A stretch of DNA of 64,000 nucleotides, from assembly GCF_009914755.1 (NCBI RefSeq), contig NC_060931.1; one strand, 5' to 3'. How positions within the stretch are numbered: position 1 is the first letter of the stretch; the number at the start of each line of letters is the position of its first letter. The notes below the pieces were generated by a model that had not been told where the DNA came from, did not search any database, and worked only from the letters and a program-made list of their open reading frames with translations. The DNA comes from the human T2T-CHM13v2.0 reference genome, Homo sapiens. This document shows, piece by piece, positions 1-16,280 of this stretch. The translations under genes and the position numbers were made by a program.

Positions 1-1174
1 CTTCTTCACCACCTCCCTCTTTCATCTACCATCCTCCATCAAGGGCATATAAGCAAAGAAGGACACCAGAAGGACCTGTGGCCTCCAGCGGGTGACAGGA
101 GGATTATGGGACAGAGGAGCAGGTGAATCACCCCATCAGGCTGCAATTTTGCATCTTGGGCCCACTGAGAGGGTTGTGGCTTTGATTCTGTCAACTGGAG
201 TATTACTGTAATGGGTAAAACATGTTGATTACTATAGTGCACTGGATGGAATGTGATTCTTTAAGAGTGTTGAGTCTGGAAATTCGGGAAGGCCTATTAC
301 TAGTGTTGTTGGAAGAGAAAGTGGGAAAAGCCACTGCAAGGTGAAAGGCTTTCACGGACAACTCAGTAACGAATAGCTGTCTGATCATGATGCCTGTGGG
401 ACCGGGGATAAGTCACCGCAATCTCCTGTGTTAATGTCCTCATCTGTGCAATCGGCATTTAAACCAAGGGAGGCACTGTTGCTTTAATATGCCACATCAA
501 TAGGCTGAATAAGAATAATTACAGGAATTTAAAAGTATGAGAAGAAACAGGTGAGCATTTAGCTCCTAATTTAAAATTTAAAAGGGCATCACAAATAGCA
601 TGGCATTTTATAATATATAACAGGATATGCTAAGATGTTTCTGCATGCACACATTCTTTTCCAGGAAAATCAATGACCAGGAGCACAGACCTCCCAAAAT
701 TGTGTCTTAACGAGGCTTCCAAAGCTTCTACTTATATTTTGGTAAGAACTAAGAAAGCCCAGCATACGGTTTTTAATTAAAACCAAGTGTTTATATGTGG
801 CTGCAAAATAGTGGTTTTCCCCCCTGGTTACACAAATTATAGAGGATAAAAATGGTACAAACATCTCTTGATTTCTGACCTGAATAGCAAAGGTTGTTCC
901 ACTCTGCACAAAGCCCCCATAGGAGGAAGTGTTATAGGTGGCAGTAAGAGATGGCAATAAAATGGTCAAGAATTCGCAAAACGGCATTCAGGTAAGCAAC
1001 AGTCTAGTAGTTCTTGGGTATTTTCTGCTTGGAAAATGTAACTCTACTTTATGTCTCATGCCAACTTTGTTCTATATTGATAAACGTGTCCAGCTCATAA
1101 ATTGTAGACTTCTATGAGTTTTCAAAGATCAGGGTTTTCCTTGCTTGTGCTATTAAATATAGTATAGATAGCTA

Positions 1175-1585
<411 letters not shown>

Positions 1586-2159
1586 TCATGGAGAAGGTAC
1601 AGCTTTGAAAACTCATGGCCCCTGCTCTAGGAGGGAATCCCTACTGGTCACCCGGGACTGCAAAGCAGCAGCTCCTTACACCTTGAAAAAATATGAATGT
1701 CCCCAAATTATACTATTTCTATTTTCTTATTCATATTAGCAGTGGCATTTCATTTTATTCCTTTCCTTTTTTTTCCGTAACCTCAAGTAATATAGCCATT
1801 GTAAGAGAACAGGAAACAGATAAACAAACGTGAAGAAAGTCACATAAAATTCCATTTACCAGAAAGAACCACTATTCATATATTAGTTTGTAGCCTTCCA
1901 GGCTTATACACATATGCATATGTAACAATTCTATACCTTTAATATTCTACTTTTTCTTTTAGAATGCAAGGCCTTCTGTGTAATAAATAAAATAGCATTA
2001 TTATTTTTAATAGCTGCTGCTTTGAGTATGCCGTAACTTATTTGAACATTTTTAGCTAGAGGCTAGAGAAAGACCTTTATCAATAAAAACAGACTTTTAG
2101 GGATATAAGATGGCAAAAGATCCTGGGAGACTGGGAGGGCAAGTACATTATATTTTAAT

Positions 2160-2560
2160 AAATGAATCAATTTACTTAAAACCATTTACAGTGTATCTTC
2201 TGCATGTATGACAATTTTCTAAGCTCTGCGAAAAAATAAAGATGGATCAGATGAAGATTCTGATCTCACAGGTTTACTATGCAATGGGGAAAGAGACCAA
2301 CTCCTCAAATACACAGTTATTTAACAGCTATATAAAATGTGAGAAAGAATTTTATGCATGGAAGAAGATGGTGTAGGAAAAGTGTCATATTTATATTGAG
2401 ATGGTGCTTTCTCCAACTGGGTGATTTGGAAAAGGTTTTGTGGAAAAGATGGCATTTAACTGAGGGCTTCTAATGGATGACTCTCAGGTCACAATCCGTA
2501 GAAAGGGCCAAGAAAAGGAAAGAACAGTCCATGCAGAATACAGCCCAGGACAGACCATGG
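2160..2560 (-). mobile_element. L2 3' fragment (degenerate)
   Basis: aatgaatcaatttact...catttacagtg resembles an antisense L2 terminus. Confidence 0.4.
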
Positions 2561-2809
2561 TAGAGTCTGAGAATTCCCAGGACAAGTGCCAGCTCCAGCC
2601 TCATAGAGGCAGGAACGGTTTGGACCCTGAGTCAAAGGACTGAGTCTTGCTTCTCAAAACTCAAGGTGGAAGAAAACATTGCAACTAGATCAGAGCTGGT
2701 AGTAAATTAATCAGATGTTCCACACACCAAAATCCCAACTGCTTACAAAAGATTAACTGGAGAAAATAGAGGAAGAGTAGGAATATAAATCCTCTGCAGA
2801 TTCCTTCCT

Positions 2810-2995
2810 TGCATGAAAAAATATATGCATTAAATCACATAATCTTCACACCTATCTGTTTGAAGTGGACATGACTGACTCCATTTTGTAAATGCTGAAA
2901 ACTAAAGCACCAAATTTGTCCCCTAATAACACAGGTAATAAATGATGGAATCGGGTGGAAATTCAGGCAAATTTGTTTTCAAAGACTATCCCCTT
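2810..2995 (-). mobile_element. MIR fragment
   Basis: Antisense MIR core: ccattttgtaaatgctgaaaactaaagcac. Confidence 0.5.
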
Positions 2996-5233
2996 CAATC
3001 ATGTCATTGCCACTCTGAAAGTGATTAAATGCAGGCAGGAACTGTAAATGAACTTTTTAGTGAAATGAAGGCCCTGAATTTGTGCAAGAAAATAAAAGCA
3101 AAGGTGAGGGAAAGAGAGGTAAAATAGGACGGTGGAGATGAGAGCTTGACAGGCATGGAACATTAAATGATGCTGCTTCTCAACTCTACTGTCTGGAAAA
3201 GAGGCCTCTTAGGAGACACAGGGTATTAGTACAATATCTTATCTTAGAATGCTTGCCACCCTTCCTACACAATAGAGCTCCCACCCCTGATTGGGAAAGA
3301 CCTGGGATATCCAGGGGTGAAAGGTGGAGCACTTCCCACTTCACAGCTCATGCCAGGGCTGATCTAAGGGAAGCCAGGCCTGGGGAAAATTATGAGTTCC
3401 AAGACCCAACAAATGAATGAGGAAGGGGAGCCAGCCTCTGCAGCAGAACCCCAATTGCTCCAGCAGGGAGATTCCAGGCCACACGTGTGGCTCCTGAATA
3501 CCGTTGGCCTAACTTCCTCTGGAGCTCTGTGGGGTCTTTTGGTTCTGGGAAAGAAAAGGTACAACTAAAGACCCTGCATCATTGTAGCCCAAAGAGTTCT
3601 GCTATGAACTGCTTCCCTCAAGAAGCTGGACATGTAGAGGGAAGAGCCATTTCTGAAGGCTGGAAAAGAGCCACAGCAGGAGAGAAGAAGGAGGATGGCT
3701 CAGTCTCAGAGCCTTGTTAGGTGGATAAATTTTACCCAGTGAATTTGAAATCAACTGTAGTAATGACTTTGCCAGTTCCCATGGCAGTTGGATCTGTGAG
3801 ACGTGCAAGCATCCCTGAAAATTTTGAAATTATTTTGGTAGAAAATGTTTGGAACATAAGAAGGGACTTCCTGCTAATCAAGACTTTAAAATATAAACTC
3901 TATTTTTGCCTATGGAAGTAACTCTGTCTTTAAGAGCATAGGTCTCCTTAATTTTTGTCCTGTGGTTCTCTAACCTATGTAATCTGTAGATTGATTTCTT
4001 TTCTTTTGATGGGTTTTTCCAAAGCAAAGAAATATGTCCAGTCACCTGTCACCTAACAATATTGATTAGTAAAACAGAAAATCTTCATGCATCAGTCAAA
4101 GATAAGGCTACAGATACTAACTGCACGTATCACCAGATTGTCTCTAACAGTCCCTATTTGTCACTGTGGCAAATTGTTGTAGAAGAGAATTAACCTTCCA
4201 ATAAATCAATAAATCAAAGGCTGTTTCTGAACTACTACGATGGCCTATCCTTAGCTCTAAGGATTCGAGTGTCTTCCTTGCTAGGTCAGTTTTATATATT
4301 CTTCAGTGATGGATGGCTGACACTCAAGATGGCCTTAACAGCTCTTCCAAGTGACAGCAAATGACTGTGGACACTAAAGCCAGTTATTGGCTTGGCTCAA
4401 AGCTGCAAAAACGCAAGCAATTAACTGCTGTTACTGTAACAGATGGGCATTCTGTAGGGGGATACTAGGGAGATTATATCCTGGAGGTTTGCAATTGCAT
4501 ATATCATTCCAAGAAACAAGGATTCTAGTGTAACAATTACTAAGACAGAGCAGAGTGACATCTTAGGCTTTGCATCTTTAGGCAAATGTGAGTGTAAACA
4601 TATGTACGGAGTCAGTATTTAAAAGTTGCTTTGCAGGATATTACAAATAGCTGTTTCTTTAAATATGACTATATGTGGTCATAGGCTGGCTGCTTGAGTC
4701 TGAGACATAGTGATTCTACAAATATTTTACATACACGTGCACACACACACACACACAGATGCCCTTCTTATATCAAAATGTAGAATGAAAGGAATACATT
4801 AAAATGTGAAGGAGTTTCTCTTAGGTAGTCAGATTATTATTGATTATTTTCTTATACATTTTTATAATTACTCAAATGTCCTTAAATGAGCATATTTTAT
4901 TTTTATTAAATGTCCTTCATGTAAATTTTAATATGAGTAAGAATAGTGCATTTCTTTTCTCAATGAGATTACAGTTCAATAAGAGAAATTTTAGTTCCAT
5001 AAATCATTACATTTGCTTATGGCCTTTCCCTAGAACCCAGGAACATAAAGTGATTCCACTAATTCCACTATAAAACAAAACTCTACCAGCAAAGCTCTGG
5101 TCACATGTAAGAGCAGAAAGTTAAAATACACATTTTTTACCTTTTGATTCAGGAAAAAAAGGAAAACCCATCATTTTAATGTCTTGTTATAGAAATCCTT
5201 AGCATAAAACAGTCAGCATTATGCAATGGAAAT

Positions 5234-5362
5234 AGGGTTATCAGATTTTTCAAGGAAAAGTACAGGATGTCCTGTTAAATTTGAATTTCCAATAAACAAC
5301 AAACAATATTTTTAGTATAATTATGCCTCATGCAGTATTTTACATATTTTATCTGGCAATCT
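5234..5362. mobile_element. MER53-like hAT MITE (internally deleted)
   Basis: Terminal inverted repeats agggttatcaga...tctggcaatct with internal caggatgtcctgttaaatttgaattt...aaacaac. Confidence 0.7.
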
Positions 5363-7013
5363 CAAATGGAGAGAGTCCAAGATAAGAAACCTGGCCACTT
5401 ACTTATTGTCTCAGACTCCAGCCCTGGCCCTAAGGATCTAGCTGCACTAACCAGGAGGGCTGGCTACTGTCTGTCCTGATATTCTATTTAAAGTCTTGGA
5501 GGGTGAGGAAGTATTCCTATGAACTTCATCTCCTAGAGGGTCATGATTAGCTATTTTTTCCAAAACTGGGACCTGAGGACCCTGAGAATTTGGGGGTACA
5601 GATTTTGATGTCTTATTTGTTTCATTGATTATAAGTGTCTTAATTTCATTTTTCTAATAATTTTAAAATCATATAATCAAGTTCCACTTCCAGTTAGTAT
5701 TTTGAAGGATGTAAAAAAAAAAATCACTCTCATCTTAACCAAAAAGCACAGGAAATGTTTTTAAAAATTTTTTGTAAAGTCATCGTGGAGCTTTGGAAGC
5801 AAAGAAACCAGCAAGAGCTAAAACTTCTGAAGGCAAGCATGGACCAGGTGAGCAAGGGGCACAGTGCACTTTCTCATCATGACTGAGGGTGGCTGCAGGC
5901 ATGGGAGAGGCATGGGCTGGCCAGGGAAAGACAGCTGCTAGGGTGAGGCAAAACCATCCAAATTACTGACACCCCTATGGACAGGCAGGTCAGCTCCGAC
6001 TCTGGAGAAAACACAGAGGCAAGGATAATCCCTTCCACCCAGTAATTCTGTAACCCAAGGATTTAACAGAGGGTGGAGGAGGGCTGGAGAACAGAAAGAA
6101 ATCATGAGTTCTCACTGTCCGAGTCTCACAGTCCTGCAGCTTCCAGATCTCAGCCTTAAGGTTTCCCAGTTTCCATAGCTGGACATCTCTGAGTCATCAG
6201 ATTTGCAACCCAGTGGTCTCTGGGTCTCCCACCTTTGAGGTGTAGCAATCTCCTTCTGTTTGACTCTGGAGTCCTTCATGAGGAAGAGCCTGAGCTCACC
6301 CTCAAAGCATTTGAAGTGCCAGGTGAGCTGAGTTTAAGCAAAGATGCAACCAAACCCCAACCCAATTAAACTTCTGTGAAAACTGAAGATAAACAAAGAA
6401 AGCAATTTTTGGTGCTTGAATTTCAAGGCCCTGCTATATATATTAAAGCCATAAAACTTTATTTAAGCAGCTCAACTCCAGATCAGCTCAAACTGGTCAG
6501 TCCTAACTTATAGATGCCAAACAGAGGAAAGGGTATTTCCTGAAATAAGGAGGATATATATATATTACATCCAGTCAATCAATAGAAACAAGCCAACAGA
6601 TGGCTCAGATTTTAGAATCAGCAGATAAGTTATTTAAAATAGCAATGAGATTGATTTTTTAAAAAACTATAAAGAAAGGTGGATAAACAGACAAATAATT
6701 TAGGAGACATGGAAACTATACAGAATAGCATATTAAAACTAAAACATACAATATCTGAAATAAAATTTTACTGTATGGGATTAGTAGCAGATTGGACGCA
6801 GAGAAATGAGGATTAAGTAAATCTGAAGATAAGTCAATAGAAATCATTGAAATTGAACTACTGGCTGAAAAAAAATTTGTTTTTTTAAAAATGAATAAAG
6901 CCTCAGTGACATGGGGACAGTGTCGAGCATTCTGAAATACGTGTAGTTGGAGCCCAAGTAGAAGGAAAGATTGCAAAACAAAATGTTGGCCAAAACTTTT
7001 AAAAATTGGATCA

Positions 7014-7641
<628 letters not shown>

Positions 7642-10600
7642 CATAAGAAATGACTCTTAGGAGCAGCATAGTTAAGTGGTTAACTTAACAATAATGATAT
7701 AAAGAAAATCTTAAAACAGGCCAAAGACGGAGGCAGAGTAGACACAGGGAACCAATATTTAGGAAACTGCTGAACTTCTCGTTCAAAGCAATGAAAGATA
7801 AAAACACTGAAACAACATCTTCAGAGTTCTAAGGAAAATAAAAACCTGTCAACCTAGAATTTAATTTCCAGTGATAGATATTTTCAGCAATGAAAGTAAA
7901 ATGTTCAGATAAATAAAAGCTGAGAGATTTTGTTTCTAGAGGACTTATAGTATAAGACATGCTAAAGGAAGTTTTTCAAGTTGAAAATGGACTAAAATGG
8001 GATTCTAGATGGAGACTTGGTTCTACAGAAAAAAAATGAAGAATACTGGAAAGAGAAAATATGTGAGTAAATAGACATGTTATTTTTCTTTTTTTCCCAT
8101 TCAAGAAAAATTTAATTGACTGTTCAAAGAAAAAATAATATTAACTATGTGTTGTGGTGCTTATAACATGTCGATGTAAGATATCGCACAGTGCAGTAAT
8201 AGCCTGAACAATGGGATAGGGTATGTATTAAGTTACATTATTGTGAAGTCCCTACATTATTCACAAAGTGCAATAACATTAATCAAGGTGTAGTGTGATA
8301 AGGATAATACTGTAATTCATATGGCAACCATAAAAAAAGTAGAACAAGCACATATAGCTAAAAAGCCAATAGAAGAGATACAGTAAAACACTCTTAAAAA
8401 ATTAACTCACAAGAACACAAAAAGGGAAGAACAAAGGAACAAATAATATGAGGACAAAGAGAAAACAAGTAGCAAGGTATAGACATAAAACCAATTATAC
8501 TGATAATTACAGTGGACTAAACACTTTAAATAAAGGCCAGAGATTTTTATTTAAACACAAGGAAGAAGAGGCACAGATGTTTAGGCCACAGGATGGCCTA
8601 GTTGGCCTTTCTCACTTTATGCTGTTTACCAGATGAATTTTAAATACAAAGGTATATAAAATACAAAGATATACAGAAAGATTGAAGGAATGGAAAAAGA
8701 TATGTAATACAAAGAGGAAGCACAAGAAAAATGGTGTGAGTGTGTTAGTAACAAACAAAATAGGGTTTTATAAAAGGAGTATAAGCAGATATAAAAAGAA
8801 CCGTTTTATAACAACTAGAACTCAAATAATTGAAAGTATTAACAATCCTACATGTGTACAAGTAGTTTCAAAATGCATGAAGCAAAATGGACAGAACTAA
8901 AGGTATTAAAAGCAACCCCACAGTCATAGTTTGAGATTTCAATGGCTAGCTTGTATAAGTGATAAAAAATATAAACAAAAAATCAGTAGGAATATAAAAG
9001 ATGGGAATAATATCATCAACCAACCAGCTCTGATTGCCACTTGCAGAACACCACACCTAACATGTACAGAGTGCACAATCCTTCCCAGGGCTCAGGGAAT
9101 ACAGACCAAGATGAAACATGTGATGGACCCTGAAACCAGTCTTAACACATTTGGAAGGACGAAAATAGTAAATATTATATTCTCTAGCCACATTTAAATT
9201 AAATTAAAAATAAATGTCAGTAATTATAAAATTATCTAGAAATTATGTAGAAACTCTCCAAATATTTGGAGATTATGCAGCAGACATTAAATGAGAAATA
9301 GGTTGAAGAAAAAACTCCTCCAGAATAATTTAAAAATATTTTCAACTGAGTGTTGGGAAGACAAATATTGACATTTATGGGATGCAGATATGGTGGTCCT
9401 TAAATAAAACCAATAGCTTTAAATGGTTACATTTCAATAGAAGAAGAGAGTACAAAACCAGTTACCTAAGCTTCCAATACAAAAATCTACAAAAAAGACA
9501 GCAAGATTTACCCCCAAAATATCAATGAAATAAAAAACAAACTACAGAACACATCAACAGAGCCCAACTAAGAGTTTTTAAAAATAATAATGAAATTTTA
9601 AGAAAAGTGAGAGAAAATAATTAAAAACAAGGGGATGAAATTAGAAAGATAGCTACAGATTTTTCAGATATTGAAAGGATAACAAAGGTTTATTTTGAAT
9701 ATTATGCCAAAACAACTTGACAACTTAGATAAACTGACTGAATTTCTTTAAAAAGCAATTTACCAAAATATTAGAAATTCTGAATAGTTATATGTCATTT
9801 CAAAAATGGAATTTATAATTAAACATCTACTTATAAGGAGACCTCTAGGCTCAGATGCCTTGACTGGTGAATTCTATCAAACATTTAAAGAATAAATAGT
9901 ATCAGTCATATACAAACTCTTTCAGAAAAGACAGGATAAGAAAATGCTTCCCAATTTCCATTGTGAAGCCAGAATTACCTTAAAAGCAAAAGCTAACTGA
10001 AATCTTACAAGAAATTATAGACCAATATTTCTCATGAACATAAACATGAAAATCATTAAATATTAGCAAACTGAATGCAGCATTATGACCAAGTGGGGTT
10101 TATCTCAGGAATGCAACATGTGTTCAACATTCAAAAATCAATATAATTTATACATTAAGAAAAAAATTCCTATGATAAGTTTATTAGATACAAAAAAATG
10201 CACTGGACAAAATTCAACACTTAGTTATTATAAAAACAATCGCAAAGGAAAAAAGAAAGAAATTTCCTCAACCTAAAAAGGACATCCACAAATAAAACCT
10301 ACAGCCATTATTATATTTAATCATCCATTTTGAATATTTTCCATGTATGAATGTGAGGCTCCGAGTCCTTTTATTCCACATTGTGTTACAGGTCCCTAAA
10401 GAATGAAATGAAGTATTTAAAAATAAAAAGAAATAAAGATTGAAAGAAAGAATTAAACTTGTCTTTATCTGATGCCAATACAGTTTCTTTCTTAAAAAAA
10501 TACAAAGCATATGCAAAGCAATTACTAGAATTAATAAATGAATTAACCCAGGTGATAGGACATAAGGTCAATATGCTAAAACCAATTTCATTACTATACA

Positions 10601-11511
10601 CTAGCAAGAAACAATTGGAAAATAAAACTTTAAGGTATGTATAATAACATCTAAAAACAGAAAATACTTTGTAATAAATTTTTAAAATTGTGTGTTAGAA
10701 CTTTGTGTTAAAAAATTCACAGAGAAAATCAAGTTAACATGTAGAGACATGTACTATGTTCATAGATTAGAGATTCAATGTTATTAAGATGTCAGGTCTC
10801 TCCCAATGGATCTGTGGACTCAATAACCCCCTGCAAGTATGTCTCTAGAGGCTGACACATTGCTTCAGCTACTCATAAGGAAATTCAAAGCAATATACTT
10901 AATAAATTCAAAGCTAATACTTTTTTTTAATCAAAAGGACTGACACTACCTGATTTCGAGGCTTATTATAAAGGTATTTAATTAAGGAACTAATGGCATT
11001 GGCATACAAATCTATCTTTAAAGCTGTGGAACAGAACAGGTATCTGACAAATTCACTTGATAGTTAATGGAATTTTGAAAAATATTGAAAAGAAAGTTAT
11101 CTTTTCTAGGATATTTTTGTCTACTCTGAGGATGAGGACAGTCCTCAACAAATGATAATGGAAAGGGTAGGTATCTGTATGGAAGAAAGAAACCTTGACT
11201 TCTAACTCTGGATACATCACAAAATTACCTTGAACTAGATCATAGACCTAAATACAAAATCTAAAACAATACAGCATCCAGAAGAAAACATGGAGAGAAT
11301 TGTTCTCGACCTCAGAGCAGGCAAAAATATCCTAGAAAAGACAAAAAGAAACGAGGAATAATGAAGAAAACAAAATTTTTAAGTTGGAATTTGTTAAATA
11401 AATTATTGCTTTTTAAGAGGCTTTAAAAATGCAGGTGTTTTTAAACTTTGTTTTCACTTCATTGTTAAAAAATGAAAGAACAAGATTTTAAAACTTTTTA
11501 AAAACAATGAA

Positions 11512-11820
11512 GTTCCGGGCACGGTGGCCCAGCACTTGGGGACGCCGAGGTGGGTGGATCACGAGGTCAGGAGTTTGAGACCAGCCTTGCCAACATGGTG
11601 AAACCCCATCTCTACTAAAAATACAAAAATTAGCTAGGCGTGGTGGTGCAGACGTGTAATCCCAGCTACTCGGGAGGCTGAGGCAGGAGAATCACTTGAG
11701 CCTGGGAAATGGAGTTGCAATGAGCCGAGATTGTACCACTGTACTTCAGACTGTATGACAGAGCGAGACTCTGTCTCAAACTAAATAAATAAATAATTAA
11801 AGAAATAAGCAAAATAAAAA
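11512..11820 (+). mobile_element. Alu (AluSg/Sc-like) inserted in the L1
   Basis: Alu consensus including ggatcacgaggtcaggag. Target-site duplication ttaaaaacaatgaa. Confidence 0.94.
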
Positions 11821-12573
11821 TTAAAAACAATGAAAATGGGGGAAAATATTTATAATTTTTATATCTAAGGATGTCTCTCCAAAAAATGCATAAACTCCAG
11901 AAACTCAAGAAAAAAGACAAATAATCAATTTGTTTTTATTCAAAAACAGGCAATTATAAATAGACTCCTTACAACATAATATATACAAAAGGCCAAAAGC
12001 ACATGAAAAAGTGTCTGACATTGGCTAGTTAGAAGGCAAAGGCAAATTAAAAGTAAGCTGAGATGCTACTTCACATGTACTAGGTTGGCTAAAATTCAAA
12101 AAGATTAATAACATCAATATTGGCAAGGAAGTAGAACAATGGGAATTCTCAAATACTGCTGGTAGAAGTACAGCACATGGCCAGACATTTTGGAAAGTAA
12201 TTCAGTAATTTCTTATAGGGTTATATATATATACCATACATACAGCAATTACACTTCTCAGAGAGCATAAACCCACAGGAAGACATATCAGTTTATTCCC
12301 AATAACCAAAGCCCAAAAACAACCCAAATGTCATTAACAGGTGAATGGAGAAACAAACTTTTGAAGAGCCATACAATGTGACACTACTTAGCAAGAAAAA
12401 TGAACAGTTTCCTAATGTACATAATCACATGAATAGATCTCAAAAACATAGTATTGAGTGAAAGACGACACACAAGAGACTATATGATGCTATGTGATTC
12501 CATGTATAGGAAGTCCTTGAGCAAAATGGAAGTGATTTTCTGATATTGGGTGTGTGAAGGGTTGGTTTGGCAG

Positions 12574-13006
12574 TATCAACCTAAAAAACAAGCAGAGTCA
12601 GGCTCTCTAAAAGAAAAGATATTTATCCAGGAATAGGGCATTGCAGTGGGAGTAGACATGTCATACTAAACTATGTGTGTATTCAGGGAGGTAAGGGAAA
12701 ACTAAGGATTTTAAAGGGAAAATGAGAAGAATTTCATAATTGCTTTTAAATAATTATCTTTGACTACAAAGATCAATAGCAAGGGTGACACCAGCCAGAG
12801 GCTGGACAGGCAGTTGCTGGACAGATGTCCTGGAAGATTTTTTGTGTAGGGTTGTGATAGCCTTTGTGCAAAGTTTTGGTTTTTGTAGCCTTTTTTGTTA
12901 TCAGGCATACAAGCATGAGAAGTCTCTATTCATAGCCTTTCCCAACTCTATTTGTCAGTGGTTTCTTAACATTAGTGACTCCATTTTGATTCTGACAACT
13001 TTCATG
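12574..13006 (-). mobile_element. ERV1 (MER4-group, MER65-like) solo LTR inserted in the L1 3' region
   Basis: The minus strand starts tgaaagttgtcagaatcaaaatggagtcactaatgttaagaaa. Flanked by a 4-bp direct repeat GCAG (12570-12573 and 13007-13010). The L1 resumes after it. Confidence 0.8.
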
Positions 13007-14154
13007 GCAGTCAGATAGGATATTGACTGAAATCGACAACAGGAAAGTTACTGAGGGGTAACAATGTATATTTTGATTGGTGTGTTTGTTACAAATGTAT
13101 ATATTTGTCAAAATTCATCCAAGCATATAAAGTCTGTACATTTTATTGTATGTAAACTATTCCTCAATAAAGTTGGTTTAAAATTACATAAGCATCTTTT
13201 AGATCTTTAGATGATCACCTTGCTGAGGGCCATCATGTGATTTTGTTTCTCACAGTTCAAATGTTTATTATTATGCTGATACTGCTTTTGGTACAATTTT
13301 AATAGTCACAGATTCAATAAGACACAGCAGAGAGTCTTCATAAATAACAGCTACAGTTATGTTAAGTAGAGGCCAGTGACTTTATGGGAAGCCATGCTAA
13401 TGAAGCATTGAAATAATCTAAATACAGAAAAATGTTGGAGAATCCTGGCCCCGCTAGGCAGGAATCCTCTGACAATGCTGAGCTCAGAACTCAAGAGTAA
13501 TTAGAAACATTGGCCTCCCAAGCTGAGCAGGCATGGAGCTTCGGGAATACTCTCTGCTCTGTCCTGGTAAGCTAATGTAGCTCGTTTCCATTTCATTGGT
13601 TTTGTAGTTTATATTATATCTGTTCTGTAAGTTTATTTTTATAGTTGTCTAAAAGCTATAAGCCTAACAGTTTGTAGTGTTTTATGTTTGCATATATATT
13701 TAAGTAAAATTACAATAAAAAGAATTGAAGTCAACATTGGGGGTCTGTGAGAATATTTTCTACTTTAAAGAGATCAATACATTATTCAAGGCTGGAAAAT
13801 GCTGAGTATTTCCAAATGGTGTTATAATTGGAAAAGATCCAGAAATCTTGATTGGACGCTGGGGCTGCCAGAAAAAAAATGGAGCAGAGCTGGCAATAGT
13901 GGCTCTTTGCACAATTCAGAACCAGTTCTGCATCTGAGCGCATAGAGGCAGATTTGCTGGGATGGCATGAAAGGAATTCTTGTGCAGAAAAAGCGGTGGC
14001 TTAATTTCTAAGACAGCACTTTTGAGAATACTGAAAATAGGACTAAACACCATTTATAGTCTAATTATTATGGTAGAATTTTGATATCTGCAGATATGTT
14101 GTCAGGCCACCATTTGAATTGTGATATAGCCGATTCAATTAATGAACCATTTTA

Positions 14155-14726
14155 TTTGTCAGGGCTTCTGAAATTCCAAGTGACAGAAGACTTCAATTCA
14201 AATAAGCTTGGGGGAAAAAAAAAGATGTGAATTGGCTCTGGTGATTACAAAGAGAACCAGTTAGAAACTTCTTTGAGCCTGCAAGGACCTCACACCTCAC
14301 ATCACATTATCGGGAGTTGATTTGTCTTCTTTTCTTGCTTCAGTTTTCTTCTGTGGTGTCTCCCTTTCAGGTAGAACATACCTACAACTTACAGTGACCC
14401 TAGCAGGCAAAGCCTTAATTTTTACAAGATTCAAGTCTAGTAGGAAAAATAAAAGGCATATTTTATTTTCATATGGTTCAAGATGGACCCAGCCTTTGCA
14501 GTCTCAATGGGATTGATCACAGGAGCATCCTTGAACATCCAGCATGACCAAAGGATGACAATGCTGGCCAGGTGGGGTCCCCTGCTGCAGCCGGCAGCTC
14601 CAACTGAGAATCAGGTGTGTTGAGACTGGGGCAGGAGTTGGTTCTCTAGAGGAAAACAGGTCAGTGTGTGTTATCAGAAGAAAGAGAATGGATATCGGGT
14701 GGCAAACATTTATATATCTGTTGTCA
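14155..14726 (-). mobile_element. MLT1 (ERVL-MaLR, MLT1J/K-like) LTR
   Basis: Motif ccaagtgacagaagacttcaattcaaataagctt resembles an antisense old MLT1 end. Confidence 0.5.
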
Positions 14727-14909
14727 AATAGATATCAATATCTGTCTTTCAGTGCACAATCTCCAACAAAATAGGTATTAGCATAAAAAAAATCTATGCT
14801 GAATTAACAGCAACAATATCTTTGAGGCACATGGCAGAAATATGATTTAAATACAAGTATAGAAGGTGGCTTTGAAACTATTTGAAAAATTTTACTCAAA
14901 GGATACTGG

Positions 14910-16280
14910 TGAACTTCTGGTTTCTGGTCCAGCACATAAGGAGCGAAGAAGTCTTTGCAACACTCTTACAAGTCAAAAGCTGAGTGAACTGAAAAAGCAA
15001 CAAACAGCTCTTCTTAGATCTGTCAGGGAAGTGAGATCACAGGCCAAACCACTGCCTCTAAATTAGACAGACAAGTGAATAACAATTTACCAGAGCAGTA
15101 ATCCATGGAGGAGCAATCCCCATGGAACCAGTGCCAGGGTAGAAACATCTGAACTGTAACTGACGAAGTGCCGGGGGTTCATTGTGGACAAGTCTGGAGG
15201 TAAAAACTCTGGCTAGACCCAGTCACCAGGCACGGGGGGAAAAGGGCACACTTTTGTGAGTTTTGCCTCCTAGAGATCAAACAGGATCCTGCTTCCAGCA
15301 AGGGGAGGGGAAAAGGAACTATTTTGAATACACCAGAGCATTCTCTTCTTAACAGGAAGAAGAAGGCCTGCCTTCAGAAGAAACTAGTTAACCAGAGCCT
15401 AGCCTGCCAGGGTTTTCTTGGAGTCTAACTACCTTGAGTGAGGGGAATATCCAACTCTAGCCCACTCCAGCCATCCTGTGCCACCTAAAGGGGGATAAAA
15501 AATTGAGAAGTACTTGATGAAGTTTACAGTCCAGAAGCACAGGCTTGCCACATACTGAGACCTACTCACAGGACTATACCTTGTTTCCCCTCCCCACACC
15601 TTACCACCACAGCACTAAAGCCCAATTGACACAGTTCCTTTCATGCATTAAATCATGCCCTGCTATCAAGAAAAAATTACAAGGCACACTGAAAGGCAAA
15701 CAAAACAAAACAAAACAAAACAAAACAAAAACAGTTTGAAGAGACAGAACAGACATCAGAACCAGATATGGAAGGGATGTTGGAATTTCAATACCAGAAA
15801 TTTAAAACAACTATAATTAATATGCAAAGGGGACTAATGGGTAAAGTAAATACCATGCAAGAACAATTGAACAATGTAAGCAGAGAAATAGAAATTCTAA
15901 GAAATTTTGGTTAACCAAAAAGAAACACTAGTGAAGAAAACCACTGTTAGAGAAATGCAGAATGCCTTTGATGAGCTTATTATTATTAAATAGTAGACTG
16001 GACATAGCTGAAAAAAGAATCCCTGAGTTTGAGGATATCAGAAGAAACTTCCAAAATTAAAAAGCGAAGAGAAAAATGACTGAAAACAATAGAATGGAAT
16101 TGAGACAATTATCTGAGACAACTACAAAAGAAACAATATATGTGCAATGGAATTCCCGACGGAGAACAAAGAGAAAAAGGAATGGAAGAAATATGTGAAA
16201 CAATAATGACTGAGAATTTCCTCAAGTTAATGTCAGATATCAAACCACAGATCCAGGAAACTCAGAGAACCCCAAGCAGG
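14910..16280 (+). mobile_element. L1M 5' UTR and ORF1 remnant
   Basis: Decayed ORF1 peptide GIPDGEQREKGMEEICETIMTENFLKLMSDIKPQIQETQRTPSR at 16140-16280. Contains (AAAAC)n at about 15698-15732. Confidence 0.8.
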